A stretch of 64,000 bases of DNA from an uncultured Pseudomonadota bacterium (GTDB lineage: Bacteria > Myxococcota_A > Polyangia > Fen-1088). A program made the position numbers and the translations under genes. Below are positions 46,935 to 61,136 of the stretch, piece by piece. How positions within the stretch are numbered: position 1 is the first letter of the stretch; each line of letters opens with the position of its first letter. The DNA is taken from positions 192,001-256,000 of the forward strand of contig CAWKBC010000014.1 of the NCBI GenBank assembly GCA_963847705.1. Reading direction: 5' to 3'. The notes under the pieces are model-generated. The model did no database searches, was not told the origin of the DNA, and saw nothing but the letters and a program-made list of their open reading frames with translations.

Positions 46935-48281
46935 CTAGAGCATGACCCGGCGGATGTCCGCGATCACCTGCCCAAGATAGCTGGTGAACCGCGCCGCCAG
47001 CGCGCCGTCGACGACGCGATGGTCGTAGCTGAGCGACAGCGGCAGCATGGTGCGCGGCGCGAACTCCTTGCCGTTCCAGACCGGTTTCACCGCCGACCGG
47101 GAGACGCCCAGGATGGCGACCTCGGGCGCGTTGATGATGGGGGTGAAGGCGGTGCCGCCGATCCCGCCCAGCGACGAGATGGTGAAGGTCGCGCCCTGGA
47201 TGTCGTTCGGGCCGAGCTTGCCGTCGCGCGCCTTGGCCGCCAGCTCCGTGGTCTCCTGGGCGATCGCCAGGATCCCCTTCTTGTCGGCGTCCTTGATCAC
47301 CGGCACCACCAGGCCTTGCGGCGTGTCGGCGGCGAAGCCGATGTTCCAGTACTGCTTGACGATCAGGTTGTCACCGTCGAGCGAGCTGTTGAGCGTGGGG
47401 TACTTCTTCAGCGCCGCGACGACCGCCTTCATCAGGAAGGCGAGCGGCGAGACCTTCACCCCGGCCTTGGCGTTCTCCTCGTTGACGTGCGCGCGGAACG
47501 ACTCGAGCTCGGTGATGTCGGCCTCGTCGAACTGCGTGACGTGCGGGATCATCACCCAGTTGCGCGCCAGCCCCGGCGCCGAGATCTTCTGGATGCGCGT
47601 GCGGGGCTGAGTCTCGATCGGTCCGAACTTGGCGAAGTCGACCTTGGGCCAGGGGGGCAGGCCCAGATCCGCGAGTCCGCCTCCACCTGCCCCGCGCGCG
47701 CTCACGCCGCCGGAGATCGCCTGCTTGACGAAGGAATGGATGTCCTCCTTGAGGATTCGGCTCTTGGGGCCTGACCCGGTCACCTGAGCGAGCGGCACGC
47801 CCAGCTCGCGCGCGAACCGGCGCACACCCGGGCTCGCGTGGGCGATGGTCCCGGGCGACTCCGACGGCGCGGCCGCGACGGCCGGAGCGGGTGCGGGCGC
47901 CGCGGGCACGACGACCGTGGGCTCGACGGCTTTCGGTGACGCCGGAGCAGGCGCCGCTGTCACGGGGGCGGCCGTCGCCGTCGCCGTCGCCGTCGCCGTC
48001 TTGGCCTTCCCGTTGCCGTTGGTCACCGCCGGCGCGGCGCCGTTGCTCCCTTCGAGCAAGGCCACCAGCGTCCCGGCGCTCACCTTGTCGCCGATCTTCA
48101 CCTTCAGCTCGGAGATCACGCCCGCAGCGGGCGCCGGCACCTCCAGCGTCGCCTTGTCGCTCTCGAGAACCAGCAGCGAATCGTCCTTCTGGACGGTGTC
48201 GCCCTGTTTGACGAGGAGCTGGATGACGGGGATGTCTTTGAAATCCCCAATGTTTGGAACCTTTACTTCAGTGGCGGCCAA
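46935..48281 (-). CDS. aceF: Dihydrolipoamide acetyltransferase (PDH E2), single lipoyl domain
   Basis: ESDKAT, ASPGVRRFARELGV, DHRVVDGA. Confidence 0.95.
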   Translation of the reverse strand: MAATEVKVPNIGDFKDIPVIQLLVKQGDTVQKDDSLLVLESDKATLEVPAPAAGVISELKVKIGDKVSAGTLVALLEGSNGAAPAVTNGNGKAKTATATATATAAPVTAAPAPASPKAVEPTVVVPAAPAPAPAVAAAPSESPGTIAHASPGVRRFARELGVPLAQVTGSGPKSRILKEDIHSFVKQAISGGVSARGAGGGGLADLGLPPWPKVDFAKFGPIETQPRTRIQKISAPGLARNWVMIPHVTQFDEADITELESFRAHVNEENAKAGVKVSPLAFLMKAVVAALKKYPTLNSSLDGDNLIVKQYWNIGFAADTPQGLVVPVIKDADKKGILAIAQETTELAAKARDGKLGPNDIQGATFTISSLGGIGGTAFTPIINAPEVAILGVSRSAVKPVWNGKEFAPRTMLPLSLSYDHRVVDGALAARFTSYLGQVIADIRRVML

Positions 48282-48354
48282 GCGTCTCTCCTCGAATCGT
48301 GATGGACGGTGCTCATGTCGCGGTCGTCGCCGTTGCCTCTTTTAAAAGCGCCCC

Positions 48355-51021
<2,667 letters not shown>

Positions 51022-51162
51022 GAAGTCGGTACTTTACGCGAAAGTTTGCCAAAACGGTGTGGCTCAGTCGCGGGGGAACCCACTTCGCCGAAGTGAAACA
51101 TTTCCCGCCCCTTTTTGAGGCCGGCGCGGAGGGCTGCGGGTGGCCCAATGGCCACCACTCGG

Positions 51163-52869
51163 CTACTGGCTGGTCAGCGGCGGGGAAGACCAGCTCACGT
51201 CGCTGGTCAGAGTCGGCGCGGTGGTCGACCAGGGCACCCACTTGGCCAGATCGGCGGTCCCGGCCGGCTGCGGCTCCATTCGACCGTCCGGGGCGGCCGT
51301 CTTGGTGAGGTGGCCCCGGATGGCCCTTTGAAGCGGGGGACCCTGGGTCGTCGGGTAGAACGTACAGTGGTTCTGCGGGTCGGTCGGGTTGCCGCCGTTG
51401 TAGCCGACGTTCGCCCCGATGCCGAGCGCCTGATACACGACCTGGGCGGCATCGGTGGCCGCGTGCTGGCAGGTCGCGCACAGCTCGCCAATCCGAGAGT
51501 TGTCCAGGACCAGCAGTCCGCGCGGCGCGTGCATGGCGGCCAGGGAGTGGGTATCCCCCGGGATGGTGTCCACCTTGTTGATGTACGTGCTCTCGAAGGC
51601 GCTCCCGAACCACCCCACCTCGGTGCTGACGGCGTTGGAGAGGGACTGCGCCGGATTCCCGTTCGGCCCCTTGGGCTGGGTGTTCACGATTCGCATCGCC
51701 GACACGCCGGCGGTGCCGGACTCCTGCGGAATCCCCAGCGCGATTCGCTCGTCGAACGCGCCGACGGTGAAGGCGCCCTTGCCGTCCCGGGAGCAGCCGG
51801 TCACGGCGACCGCCGTGGGATCGATGATGTTGTTTCGCCCGGCGGCCTTCTCCGAGATCAACACGTCGATGACGCGGCTGAAGCCCCAGGCCCAGCCAAT
51901 CTGAGAGCTGACGCCGGTGCTCGTGCCATAGAGGTTCGTGAAGAGGCCCGTCCTGCTCGACTCGCTCATCATGCCTTGGTTGTCGTAGGTCCCGGTGGCA
52001 ACGCCCTCCGCGCTGACGGTGCCGGGATCCAGGCTCGAGCCGCCGAGGCCGATGATGATGGGAGCCGGCATCTTGGCGCCGCTCGGAATGCTGATCGGCA
52101 CGCTGAAGTCGATGCTCTTGCTGCCCAGCACGGCGTGCACCTTGATGGCGGTGGTGCTCACCGACCCGGTGACCGAGTCTGGCGCGCCCGGCTTCGCACC
52201 GAAAATGTACTTCTCGACGACCGCCTTCATCTCGGCTCGGCGGCATTTCCAGTCCGATCGCTTGGACATGGTTGTTCCGTCGAGCTTGGTGAACAGGTTC
52301 GGCAGCTGACCGCTGATGCTCACGTCCGCGGGCGTCGCGACCGTGCAGTCGGACCCGTAAAACTCGACGAAGTTGGGATTGTAGACCGCGGCGCCCGAGC
52401 TGCCGCCGGTGCTCGTCGCCGACCCACCGGTCCCCGCGCCGCCGCTGCTGCCGGCGACCGACGAGCCGCCGAGGCCCGTTCCGCCCGTCGCGGAACCACC
52501 GGTGCCCGTCGTCTTGCCGCCGGCGCCTCCGGTTCCCGTCGCCGAGCCGCCGGTGCCAGAGCCGCCGGTGCCAGAGCCGCCGGTGCCCGAGCCCCCGGTG
52601 CCGGAGCCGCCCGTGCCGGCCGTCCTGCCGCCTGTGCCGCTGGTCGAGCCTCCCGTTCCCGGAGCCCCGCCGGTGCTCGTCCCCCCCGTGCCCGTCGTCG
52701 CCCCGCCCGTGCCCGTGTCGCCGCCCTGAGTTCCAGGGCTCGAGGAGCAGGCGGTGGCCAGCGCCGCAGCGATTGCCAGGAGCCGCATGGCAGGCAGAGC
52801 AGGTCGGCCGCCCGCGCGTGGTGAGTGAACGGACGACCGGAGATCCGAAGCGACTGGGTGCTGTGCCAT
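51163..52869 (-). CDS. Glucuronoyl esterase (CE15) lipoprotein
   Basis: ATAC lipobox, GTGG tether, GCSRDGKGA nucleophile motif, PQESG, DTHSL. Confidence 0.88.
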   Translation of the reverse strand: MAQHPVASDLRSSVHSPRAGGRPALPAMRLLAIAAALATACSSSPGTQGGDTGTGGATTGTGGTSTGGAPGTGGSTSGTGGRTAGTGGSGTGGSGTGGSGTGGSGTGGSATGTGGAGGKTTGTGGSATGGTGLGGSSVAGSSGGAGTGGSATSTGGSSGAAVYNPNFVEFYGSDCTVATPADVSISGQLPNLFTKLDGTTMSKRSDWKCRRAEMKAVVEKYIFGAKPGAPDSVTGSVSTTAIKVHAVLGSKSIDFSVPISIPSGAKMPAPIIIGLGGSSLDPGTVSAEGVATGTYDNQGMMSESSRTGLFTNLYGTSTGVSSQIGWAWGFSRVIDVLISEKAAGRNNIIDPTAVAVTGCSRDGKGAFTVGAFDERIALGIPQESGTAGVSAMRIVNTQPKGPNGNPAQSLSNAVSTEVGWFGSAFESTYINKVDTIPGDTHSLAAMHAPRGLLVLDNSRIGELCATCQHAATDAAQVVYQALGIGANVGYNGGNPTDPQNHCTFYPTTQGPPLQRAIRGHLTKTAAPDGRMEPQPAGTADLAKWVPWSTTAPTLTSDVSWSSPPLTSQ

Positions 52870-53078
52870 GGCGATTCTCCTTAACGAGCGCGATCGGACG
52901 CGGGGGACTATCACCCAAGTCCCGGAAACCCCCGTTCGGCTCACCGCCTGCCGAAAATGAGAAGAGTCCGCCAAAAACAAGAGAAGTAACGGCGATATCC
53001 GGAAGACCGCACGGACGAGCGGCCAGGGTGTGACGCTTCGAAGCCGGGCCTGGAATCCGCCGGCAGCGGGGCCTTGCC

Positions 53079-53147
53079 TTGACAGCCCAATTGCCGGCTG
53101 ACACACTCACGTGCGCGTTGGTATCCTTAAATCTAGATACAAGGATA
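53079..53147 (+). promoter_or_regulatory. Sigma70-like ahcY promoter with downstream operator-like palindrome
   Basis: TTGACA (53079)-N17-CACACT (53102). GTATC-N10-GATAC at 53121-53140, overlapping TATCCTT/AAGGATA. Confidence 0.6.
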
Positions 53148-53200
53148 ACTGCGCGCAACCCAGGAAACCCCAGCGCTTCGCGCGTCGAGGAGAACAGCCC

Positions 53201-54670
<1,470 letters not shown>

Positions 54671-54689
54671 GCGGCTCTCTCTCCGCATG

Positions 54690-54727
54690 ACGGGAGCTCC
54701 GGGCGACGCCTCGGGGTTCCCGTTTTT
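54690..54727 (+). terminator. Rho-independent terminator after ahcY
   Basis: ACGGGAGCTCCG...CGGGGTTCCCGT stem (with G-U pairs) followed by a T tract. Confidence 0.7.
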
Positions 54728-54836
54728 GCGTGCAGGGATTCGCCTGTCAGTTTCCCGGCGGCGTGATCCGCCGCCAGCAAGCCACCGAAAACCTGGCTTG
54801 CTCCCCGCGCGCTCGCTCCGATACGCTGTGACTCCC

Positions 54837-56321
54837 ATGCCCGCGTCTCTTTCGGATCGGCGGCCCCCGAGGACACCCCTTTTGGCGCGCTCTCTCTGCG
54901 CAACCCTCGCGTTGCTCGCGGTGGACGCGGGTGCCGCGGGCGGGTGTTCGAAGGAGAAAGAGTCGCTGGTGATCGTCGCGCTCACCTCCGCAGACGCCAA
55001 TGCGGCGATGGCGGGCACGGTCGCGCTGTCGGTCGCGAGCGTGACCCAGACCTTCGCTCCCCCGGCCGGGCTCACGCTGACGCCCGTCAGCTTCGGCGTC
55101 TACGTCCCCTCGAGCGCCATCGGCAGTCTCCCGGTTTCCGCCAGTGCGATGGGCGGCGGCTTCTGCTTCTCGGGATCGACGACGGCGTCGGTTCTTTCCG
55201 CCGGCTCGACGGTCACCGTCCCGCTCGCGCTGACGGCGACGCCCGGCTGCACCGGAGGCGGCGGCACCGCCGGCACCGGCGGAACCACGGGCACCGGCGG
55301 CATGGGGGCCGCGGGCGGCGGTGGGTCCGTCACGCCACCGTCGCTCACGGCCTGCACCGAGTACGATCACAACGACGTCAATGATCCCACCTGCGACGAC
55401 GACGCCGGGATCAGCAACTGGGAGCTCTGGTCGCTGGCGTTCTCGCCCGACGGCCGCCTGCTCGCCACCGCGGGCGACGATGGTCGGGTCAAGATCTGGA
55501 ACTTCGACGGCCACACGTTGACCGCCTCCGGGCACGTCATCTCGACCAACGGGCAGACCTACGTCGCCTTCTCGCCCGACGGCGCGACGCTGGTGGCGGG
55601 CTCCAACGGCAAGCTCGCCACGTACAGCACCGCCAACTGGGCGTTGGGGCCCGCCTTTACCGGCGTGACCGGGCAGGTCCGCGGCGTGGCGGTGACCGCC
55701 GATAGCCAGCGGATCGTGACGATCGACGGCGACGACAATTTCTACGTCCATACGCTCGTCAGCGGCGGCAAGCCGGTCAGCTACCCGATCCCTGTCTACC
55801 CGCTCAGCCTGTCACTCCAGGCGGGCTCGAGCGCCACGAAGATCGTCGCGGCGGTCGGCTTCGACACGGGACGTGCCGGGACGTTCGAGGTCTCCGGCTC
55901 GACGATCACGATGCCGTCGGGCTTCACCGTGGAAACCAGCACCAGCGTCGACGTGCTGACCGCCGCCTTCGCCCCCACTGGCACCCTGCTGGCCATGGGG
56001 GACGACGATGGCCAGCTCCAGTTCTGGGCCAACCCCGTCAGCACCACCACCACCAGCGGCGCGGCGTTGATGTTCGCGACCAAGGGCAACGCGAACGGCG
56101 TCAACGGGCTCGCCTGGTCGCGCGATGGCGCGTACCTCGCAATCGCCGCCGGCAGCCCGTTCGCGTACGGGTCGACCAGCATCTACGCGTACCCGGCGCG
56201 AACCCAGTACGCCGTGGTCATCCCCACCTACTATCCGGTTTCGGTCGCCTTCTCGCCGAGCGGCAGCGCGCTCGCCATCGGCGAGGTGACCTGCGGCAAA
56301 GTCATGCTCTGCGCTGACTGA
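54837..56321 (+). CDS. WD40 beta-propeller lipoprotein
   Basis: AGGC lipobox, Ig-like domain, Gly linker, WSLAFSPDGRLLATAGDDGRVKIWNF repeats. Confidence 0.85.
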   Translation: MPASLSDRRPPRTPLLARSLCATLALLAVDAGAAGGCSKEKESLVIVALTSADANAAMAGTVALSVASVTQTFAPPAGLTLTPVSFGVYVPSSAIGSLPVSASAMGGGFCFSGSTTASVLSAGSTVTVPLALTATPGCTGGGGTAGTGGTTGTGGMGAAGGGGSVTPPSLTACTEYDHNDVNDPTCDDDAGISNWELWSLAFSPDGRLLATAGDDGRVKIWNFDGHTLTASGHVISTNGQTYVAFSPDGATLVAGSNGKLATYSTANWALGPAFTGVTGQVRGVAVTADSQRIVTIDGDDNFYVHTLVSGGKPVSYPIPVYPLSLSLQAGSSATKIVAAVGFDTGRAGTFEVSGSTITMPSGFTVETSTSVDVLTAAFAPTGTLLAMGDDDGQLQFWANPVSTTTTSGAALMFATKGNANGVNGLAWSRDGAYLAIAAGSPFAYGSTSIYAYPARTQYAVVIPTYYPVSVAFSPSGSALAIGEVTCGKVMLCAD

Positions 56322-56379
56322 CCGCGGGCGCGAGGCGCGCACCCGAGCGGCCGCCGCCAGTCAGCACCGAGACGACACG

Positions 56380-56409
56380 CCTCACCCCGCCGCCACCGAC
56401 GGGGTGAGG
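56380..56409. terminator. Hairpin between convergent genes
   Basis: CCTCACCCCG...CGGGGTGAGG stem. Confidence 0.55.
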
Positions 56410-56422
56410 GGATCATGAACGC

Positions 56423-57463
56423 TTACTGCAGGCACATGAGCGTGGCGCCATCCAGCTTGACGCCGCCGTCCTCCTTGGTGCCGCCGTCGACCTTGTCATC
56501 GGCGGCGCAGGGGTACTCGACCGCGGGTGGGGCGGGGAAGTTCGAGGCCCACGCCGAGGAGGTGGCGCGGTATTCGGTGACGGCCAGGGCCGAGAGGGAC
56601 TCGAGGTAGCGCCCCAGTTTCGCCGCGTAGTTGCCGGTCGGCTCCCCGTTCGCGTTGAGATCCGGCGTCGGGAGGCTCGGCAGGTGAGCGAACGGGAACG
56701 CGTACAGCGTGTACGAGTAGCTGTCCAGGGTCAGGCTGCAGCTGAAGCGAGGGTCGCCCTTGGGGAACGGGTTCGGGCAGGGCGGGAAGTAGCCGTAGTT
56801 GTTCCGCTGGGACCACTGGAGAGCCCCGGAGATGTCCGTCGAGTGATAGCCCGTCGCCGAGCTCGTGCTCAGATGCGTGGTCGCGGCCGGGATATCCCAC
56901 ATCGCCCAGTGGTACCCGTGCTGGATATTGATGTCGGTCTCCGGGGTGGTGGAGGTGGTCTGCGCCAGGAGGGAGATGTCCTTGAGCACGATCGCGTAGC
57001 TCATGGTTCCCGCGGGGGCCCCGGACCAGGTGAGGTTCGGGTTCGTGCCCGTTCCAAAGTCATGACCGTCGCAGGTCATGTTGGCGGGGAGCGCTCCGCA
57101 ATAGGCGAAGTCCGGGCTGCTGAGCGTGAGACCAGCGGCCCCGCCCGCACCGCCCGCGCCAGCGTTGCCTTGATTCACCGACGGGATGGCCGTGCACGAG
57201 TTGTTCGGCGTGACGGGGGGAGCTCCTGCCGTGCAGCCCGCGCCAGCCGCACCGCCCGCGGCGCCACCAATTCCACCCGCCCCCGCGGAGCCGCCGCCGC
57301 CGCCCGCAGCGGGTGCACCACCGGCCGCACCGCCGGAGCCGGCCTTACCGCCCGCGCCCGTCGTGCCGCCGGTGCCCGATGTACCGCTTGATGACGAACA
57401 AGCCCCCATTGAAAATCCGCCAACGACAAACGCGCCAGCAACCAACCACGACGCTCTCTTCAT
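56423..57463 (-). CDS. YbhB/YbcL (PEBP / RKIP-like) lipoprotein, divergent
   Basis: MGAC lipobox, LTLSSPDF, TCDG, NPNLTWSGAPAGT.SYAIV, HWAMWDIP. Confidence 0.8.
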   Translation of the reverse strand: MKRASWLVAGAFVVGGFSMGACSSSSGTSGTGGTTGAGGKAGSGGAAGGAPAAGGGGGSAGAGGIGGAAGGAAGAGCTAGAPPVTPNNSCTAIPSVNQGNAGAGGAGGAAGLTLSSPDFAYCGALPANMTCDGHDFGTGTNPNLTWSGAPAGTMSYAIVLKDISLLAQTTSTTPETDINIQHGYHWAMWDIPAATTHLSTSSATGYHSTDISGALQWSQRNNYGYFPPCPNPFPKGDPRFSCSLTLDSYSYTLYAFPFAHLPSLPTPDLNANGEPTGNYAAKLGRYLESLSALAVTEYRATSSAWASNFPAPPAVEYPCAADDKVDGGTKEDGGVKLDGATLMCLQ

Positions 57464-57849
57464 TTGATATCCCCCTTTTCGACAAATCGAACGATCACGT
57501 CTCGCCCGAAAACTTCTGTACAACAAAATTGCGCGCGCCGCGACTGACAACGGCGCAACGACAGCGGGATTTGCGCGTGATTTATCCGAGGAGAAATCCA
57601 CTCAATTGTGGTTTTCCGTCTTCTGCTTTCTTTGGGTCAGCGCTCATGATTTCCGGAATGGAATTCCAAGGACTCGGCCCTCTCCACGCCCCCATTGCCA
57701 ATGCTTGTTTCGTCTTTGTCCGCGCGCAGGACAAACGGCCAGCTTGAGCTCTTTACAAACGGAGCCGCGTTTGTTTCTTCCGGCCGGATCTCCGGAGGGG
57801 AAGGATCTCCGGAGGGAAAACGTGCCCGCGGCCTGGTCACCGGACCGAC

Positions 57850-57916
57850 GTCGATCCCGCCCTCGGCGGCGCGGCCTGGTCGGTCGATCCTGCCCTCGGC
57901 GGCGCGGCCTGGTCGG
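57850..57916. repeat. 33-bp tandem duplication, 2 copies
   Basis: GTCGATCC(C/T)GCCCTCGGCGGCGCGGCCTGGTCG starting at 57850 and 57883. Confidence 0.85.
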
Positions 57917-57946
57917 CGGATTCCCGCACCGGCGCTCGACGCTCGT

Positions 57947-59668
57947 CTAATGCAGCGGGACGGGCGCCAGCTGGTGCTGCTCGGCGAAGCGGGTGGTCAC
58001 GAAGACCGTGGCCAGCGGGTCGGCGAAGACGCAGCGCCAGCGCGGATCGTGGCTGAGAATCTCGGCCGCGCGTCCCAGCGGCCCGCGCTCGATCAAGATG
58101 GCGGGGATCTCGTCGGGCCGCCCGTAGTCGATCCCCAGCGCGGTTTCCCAGCTGAGGTCGTTGTTCCACAGCCGGCGGATCGCGGTCAGATAGCGTTCGA
58201 AGGTCTCTTGCGTGTTGACCTCCAACCGGGGATCCATGAACTGCTTGTGCCGAGGCGCGCCGTGCGCGATGCAGACGGCGGCCTGGCTGATGTTGTAGGC
58301 GGCGATGCGGTCGGGGAGATCCGGTCGTGCCAGGAACGCGCAGGCGTCGTGCGCGAACCAGCGGGGCCGCTCGCCCAATCCCACCCGACGCCCTTCGCCT
58401 GACCAGGCGTAGAGCCCGCCCGACACGGTGGCCAAACCCAGCGCCCCCACGGCGGCGAGCAGGACGGCGTTTGGCGCGGGCCAACGGCGATCGCCCGAGG
58501 TCTCCGCATTGTTCCGGCCTTCGAAGTCTCGCGAGCGTTTGCCCGAGGGAGCTCGCCGGCGCGCCTTCTTCGTGGGAACGGCGGCGGCCAGCGGCCGCGC
58601 TGCCAGGGCATCGTCGAAGTTCCAGGTGGTGACCAGCACGGCGATCACCCCGCAAAGGGCGCTGTTGCGGGTGGCCCGCCAGGCCAGATAGACGCCGGCG
58701 GCGAAGATCACCAGGCGAAAGAGGCGCAGCTCGGCGCGGCGCGCGCAGAGGACGAAGCTGACCAAACCGAGGACGACGATGGCGAAGTAGGCCAGCAAAT
58801 AGGGGTTCCAGATCCCGGCGGCGGCGATGAAGTCACCCGCGGTCTTCAGCTCGCCGATGGCGGCGCGGTAGAGGGCGGCGTTGCCAAGCGTGTGGAACTG
58901 TTCGAAGGGCAAGCTGAAGGCTTTGGCCCCGTAGGGGCTGACCAGGCAGGCGAGCAGGGACGAGAGGACGACGACGACGAACGTGCGCGCCGGTGGACGA
59001 TCGGCGCGCCGCTCGGGTGGTCGCAGCCGCTCGACCGCCCATTCCGCCCCGTACGCCAGGAGCACCAACGGACCGAGCACGAAGAACCCGTGGCAATTGA
59101 CCCACAACACCTGAAGGATCGGCACCAGCCAGAGCCCGCGCGGTGCCCGCGGGGCGCGCGCCAGCAGCACCAGATCGGCGGTGAGCAGCAGCAGCGAGGC
59201 GGCCTCCGGCCGTTCGGAGAGGCGCCCGGAGACCATCAACACGCCCGGCAGCCACGCCAGAGCCCAGGGCCAGACACGATGACCCGGCCGCCGCCCCAGC
59301 ATGGACAGGGCGACGATGCCGGCGCCCGCCGTCGCTTTGAGCAGCACCAGCGCCGACACCCCGCCCGCGCGGTAGAGCAGCGCCAATCCAACCTGGTACA
59401 GCCAGTAGACGTCGATCCAGGGCCGCGTGGCGTTGGTGTACGTGAAGAGGTCGAGGCGCGGGACCGCGTGGGTTTCGAGAATGAGCTGGCCCGCGCGCAG
59501 GTGCCACCACACGTCGAAGTCGGCCACCGGGAAGCAGCCCAGCAAGAACGCCAGGGCGGGCAACGCGGCCAGCAAGGCCCGGCGCCAAGGCTCCGGGCGG
59601 TCAACCTGCGGGGTCGCTCTAGCCGTGGGCATGGCCCTCCTGGCCGACCTGGTGCCGGCCTTGGTCAT
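57947..59668 (-). CDS. Polytopic membrane protein, probable GT-C fold glycosyltransferase
   Basis: ADFDVWWHLRAG after TM1, RPE, LWVNCHGFF, FMDPRLEV, many TM helices. Confidence 0.65.
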   Translation of the reverse strand: MTKAGTRSARRAMPTARATPQVDRPEPWRRALLAALPALAFLLGCFPVADFDVWWHLRAGQLILETHAVPRLDLFTYTNATRPWIDVYWLYQVGLALLYRAGGVSALVLLKATAGAGIVALSMLGRRPGHRVWPWALAWLPGVLMVSGRLSERPEAASLLLLTADLVLLARAPRAPRGLWLVPILQVLWVNCHGFFVLGPLVLLAYGAEWAVERLRPPERRADRPPARTFVVVVLSSLLACLVSPYGAKAFSLPFEQFHTLGNAALYRAAIGELKTAGDFIAAAGIWNPYLLAYFAIVVLGLVSFVLCARRAELRLFRLVIFAAGVYLAWRATRNSALCGVIAVLVTTWNFDDALAARPLAAAVPTKKARRRAPSGKRSRDFEGRNNAETSGDRRWPAPNAVLLAAVGALGLATVSGGLYAWSGEGRRVGLGERPRWFAHDACAFLARPDLPDRIAAYNISQAAVCIAHGAPRHKQFMDPRLEVNTQETFERYLTAIRRLWNNDLSWETALGIDYGRPDEIPAILIERGPLGRAAEILSHDPRWRCVFADPLATVFVTTRFAEQHQLAPVPLH

Positions 59669-59798
59669 GGCCTGCTCGGTGCCCCGGCGCGATGACCACC
59701 GCCACCACTTTGCAGCGTTTCATCCGTCGCAGCGACCATAGCACCAGTGCCGAGCCGGGCCTTGCGAGCTGCGAAGACGTGATCAACTTCGCGCGTGT

Positions 59799-60911
59799 TT
59801 GCCAGCCGCGATAAATACGTCCGCCGCCTGCGCGCTCTGCCTCCTTCTGGCGATCGCCGCCTGCGGACAAGGCACGGCCTCCGGCTCGGGTCCCGCCGGG
59901 CCGCCTCCCATGCCGGTGCAGATCGAGGCCGTCAAGTCGGTCCCCCTGCGCGACGCCACCGAGTACGTGGGCGTCCTGCGCTCCCGGCAGTCGGTGCAAA
60001 TCCAGCCGCTCGTCGAGGGTCATGTTTCCAAGATTCTGGTCACCTCGGGCAATGACGCTCGGCCACGCGACCCGTTGATCGACATCGATCCGTCGCGCCA
60101 GCGCGCCGCCGTCAACAGCCAGCAGGCCCTCCACAAGGCGAACGTCGCCGCCCTCGACCTGGCGCGCAAACAGTTCGCGCGCATCGATCGCCTCTTCAAG
60201 CGAGGCGCCGCCACCCGCCAGGACTTCGACCAGGCTCAAAACGGGCTGCAACAGGCGGAGGCAAACGCGAGCGCGACCGAAGCGCAGACGCAGGCGCAGA
60301 CGGTCGAGCTCCACTATTACCGGGTCGCGGCGCCGGTGGGCGGGACCGTCGGCGACATCCCGGTGCGGGTCGGCGACCTGGTGACGACGCAGACGCTGCT
60401 CACCACGCTGGACGACAACAGCACCCTGGAGGTCTACATCGACGTGCCAGTGGAGCGGGCGGCGACCTTGAAGCTGGGGACGCGCGTCGAGATCGTCGAC
60501 GCCGACGGCGGCGTCGTGGCGCCGAGCGAGGTCAGCTTCGTCTCGCCGCGCGCCGACCCCGCAACCCAGATGGTCCTGGTCAAGGCGAACGTGGACAACC
60601 AGGCCGGTCGGTTGCGCGCGGCGCAGTTCGTGCGCGCCCGGATCGTCTGGCGCCAGCACGACGGGCCCGTGGTGCCGGTGCTCTCGGTGCAGCGACGCGC
60701 CGGGCAGGCGTTCGTCTGGGTGGTGAACGGAACGGAGGGCGCCCTCACGGCAGCATTGCGGGTCGTCCAGATCGGGCCGATCGAGGGGCAGAGCTATCCG
60801 GTCACCGGCGGGCTGCAGGTGGGCGACCGAATCGTCGCCTCTGGCGTGCAGAAGCTCCGCCCCGGAGCGCGCATCGCCCCGCTCCCGCCCGCGGCGAAGG
60901 GTGGCGGCTAG
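59799..60911 (+). CDS. RND efflux periplasmic adaptor (MFP), lipoprotein
   Basis: IAAC lipobox, VQIQPLVEGHV, coiled hairpin, VAAPVGGTVG, GLQVGDRIV. Confidence 0.92.
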   Translation: MPAAINTSAACALCLLLAIAACGQGTASGSGPAGPPPMPVQIEAVKSVPLRDATEYVGVLRSRQSVQIQPLVEGHVSKILVTSGNDARPRDPLIDIDPSRQRAAVNSQQALHKANVAALDLARKQFARIDRLFKRGAATRQDFDQAQNGLQQAEANASATEAQTQAQTVELHYYRVAAPVGGTVGDIPVRVGDLVTTQTLLTTLDDNSTLEVYIDVPVERAATLKLGTRVEIVDADGGVVAPSEVSFVSPRADPATQMVLVKANVDNQAGRLRAAQFVRARIVWRQHDGPVVPVLSVQRRAGQAFVWVVNGTEGALTAALRVVQIGPIEGQSYPVTGGLQVGDRIVASGVQKLRPGARIAPLPPAAKGGG

Positions 60912-60915
60912 TGAT

Positions 60916-61130
60916 TCGCGTGAGGGAGGACGAGCTTCGCTCGTCCGAGCTCGTCGCGAGGGGCGCGGGACCCCCTGGGGGTCCGGCTCGCGTGAGGGAG
61001 GACGAGCTTCGCTCGTCCGAGCTCGTCGCCGGGGGCGCGGGACCCCTCAGGGGTCCGGCTCGCGTGAGGGAGGACGAGCTTCGCTCGTCCGAGCTCGTCG
61101 CCGGGGGCGCGGGACCCCTTGGGGGTCCCG
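60916..61130. repeat. Three tandem 72-bp units, each with two GC-rich hairpins (REP/BIME-like)
   Basis: Units start at 60916, 60988 and 61060. Hairpins GGACGAGC-TTC-GCTCGTCC and GGACCCC-N3-GGGGTCC. Confidence 0.92.
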
Positions 61131-61136
61131 ACTAAG

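Noticed and set aside
52870-53200. SAH or SAM riboswitch upstream of ahcY
   Set aside because: No SAH-riboswitch GAGGAGCG/CAGGCUC core recognised, and the predicted leader is short. An Rfam scan would be decisive.
60916-61130. CRISPR array
   Set aside because: Units are near-identical throughout, with no unique spacers and no cas genes in the window.
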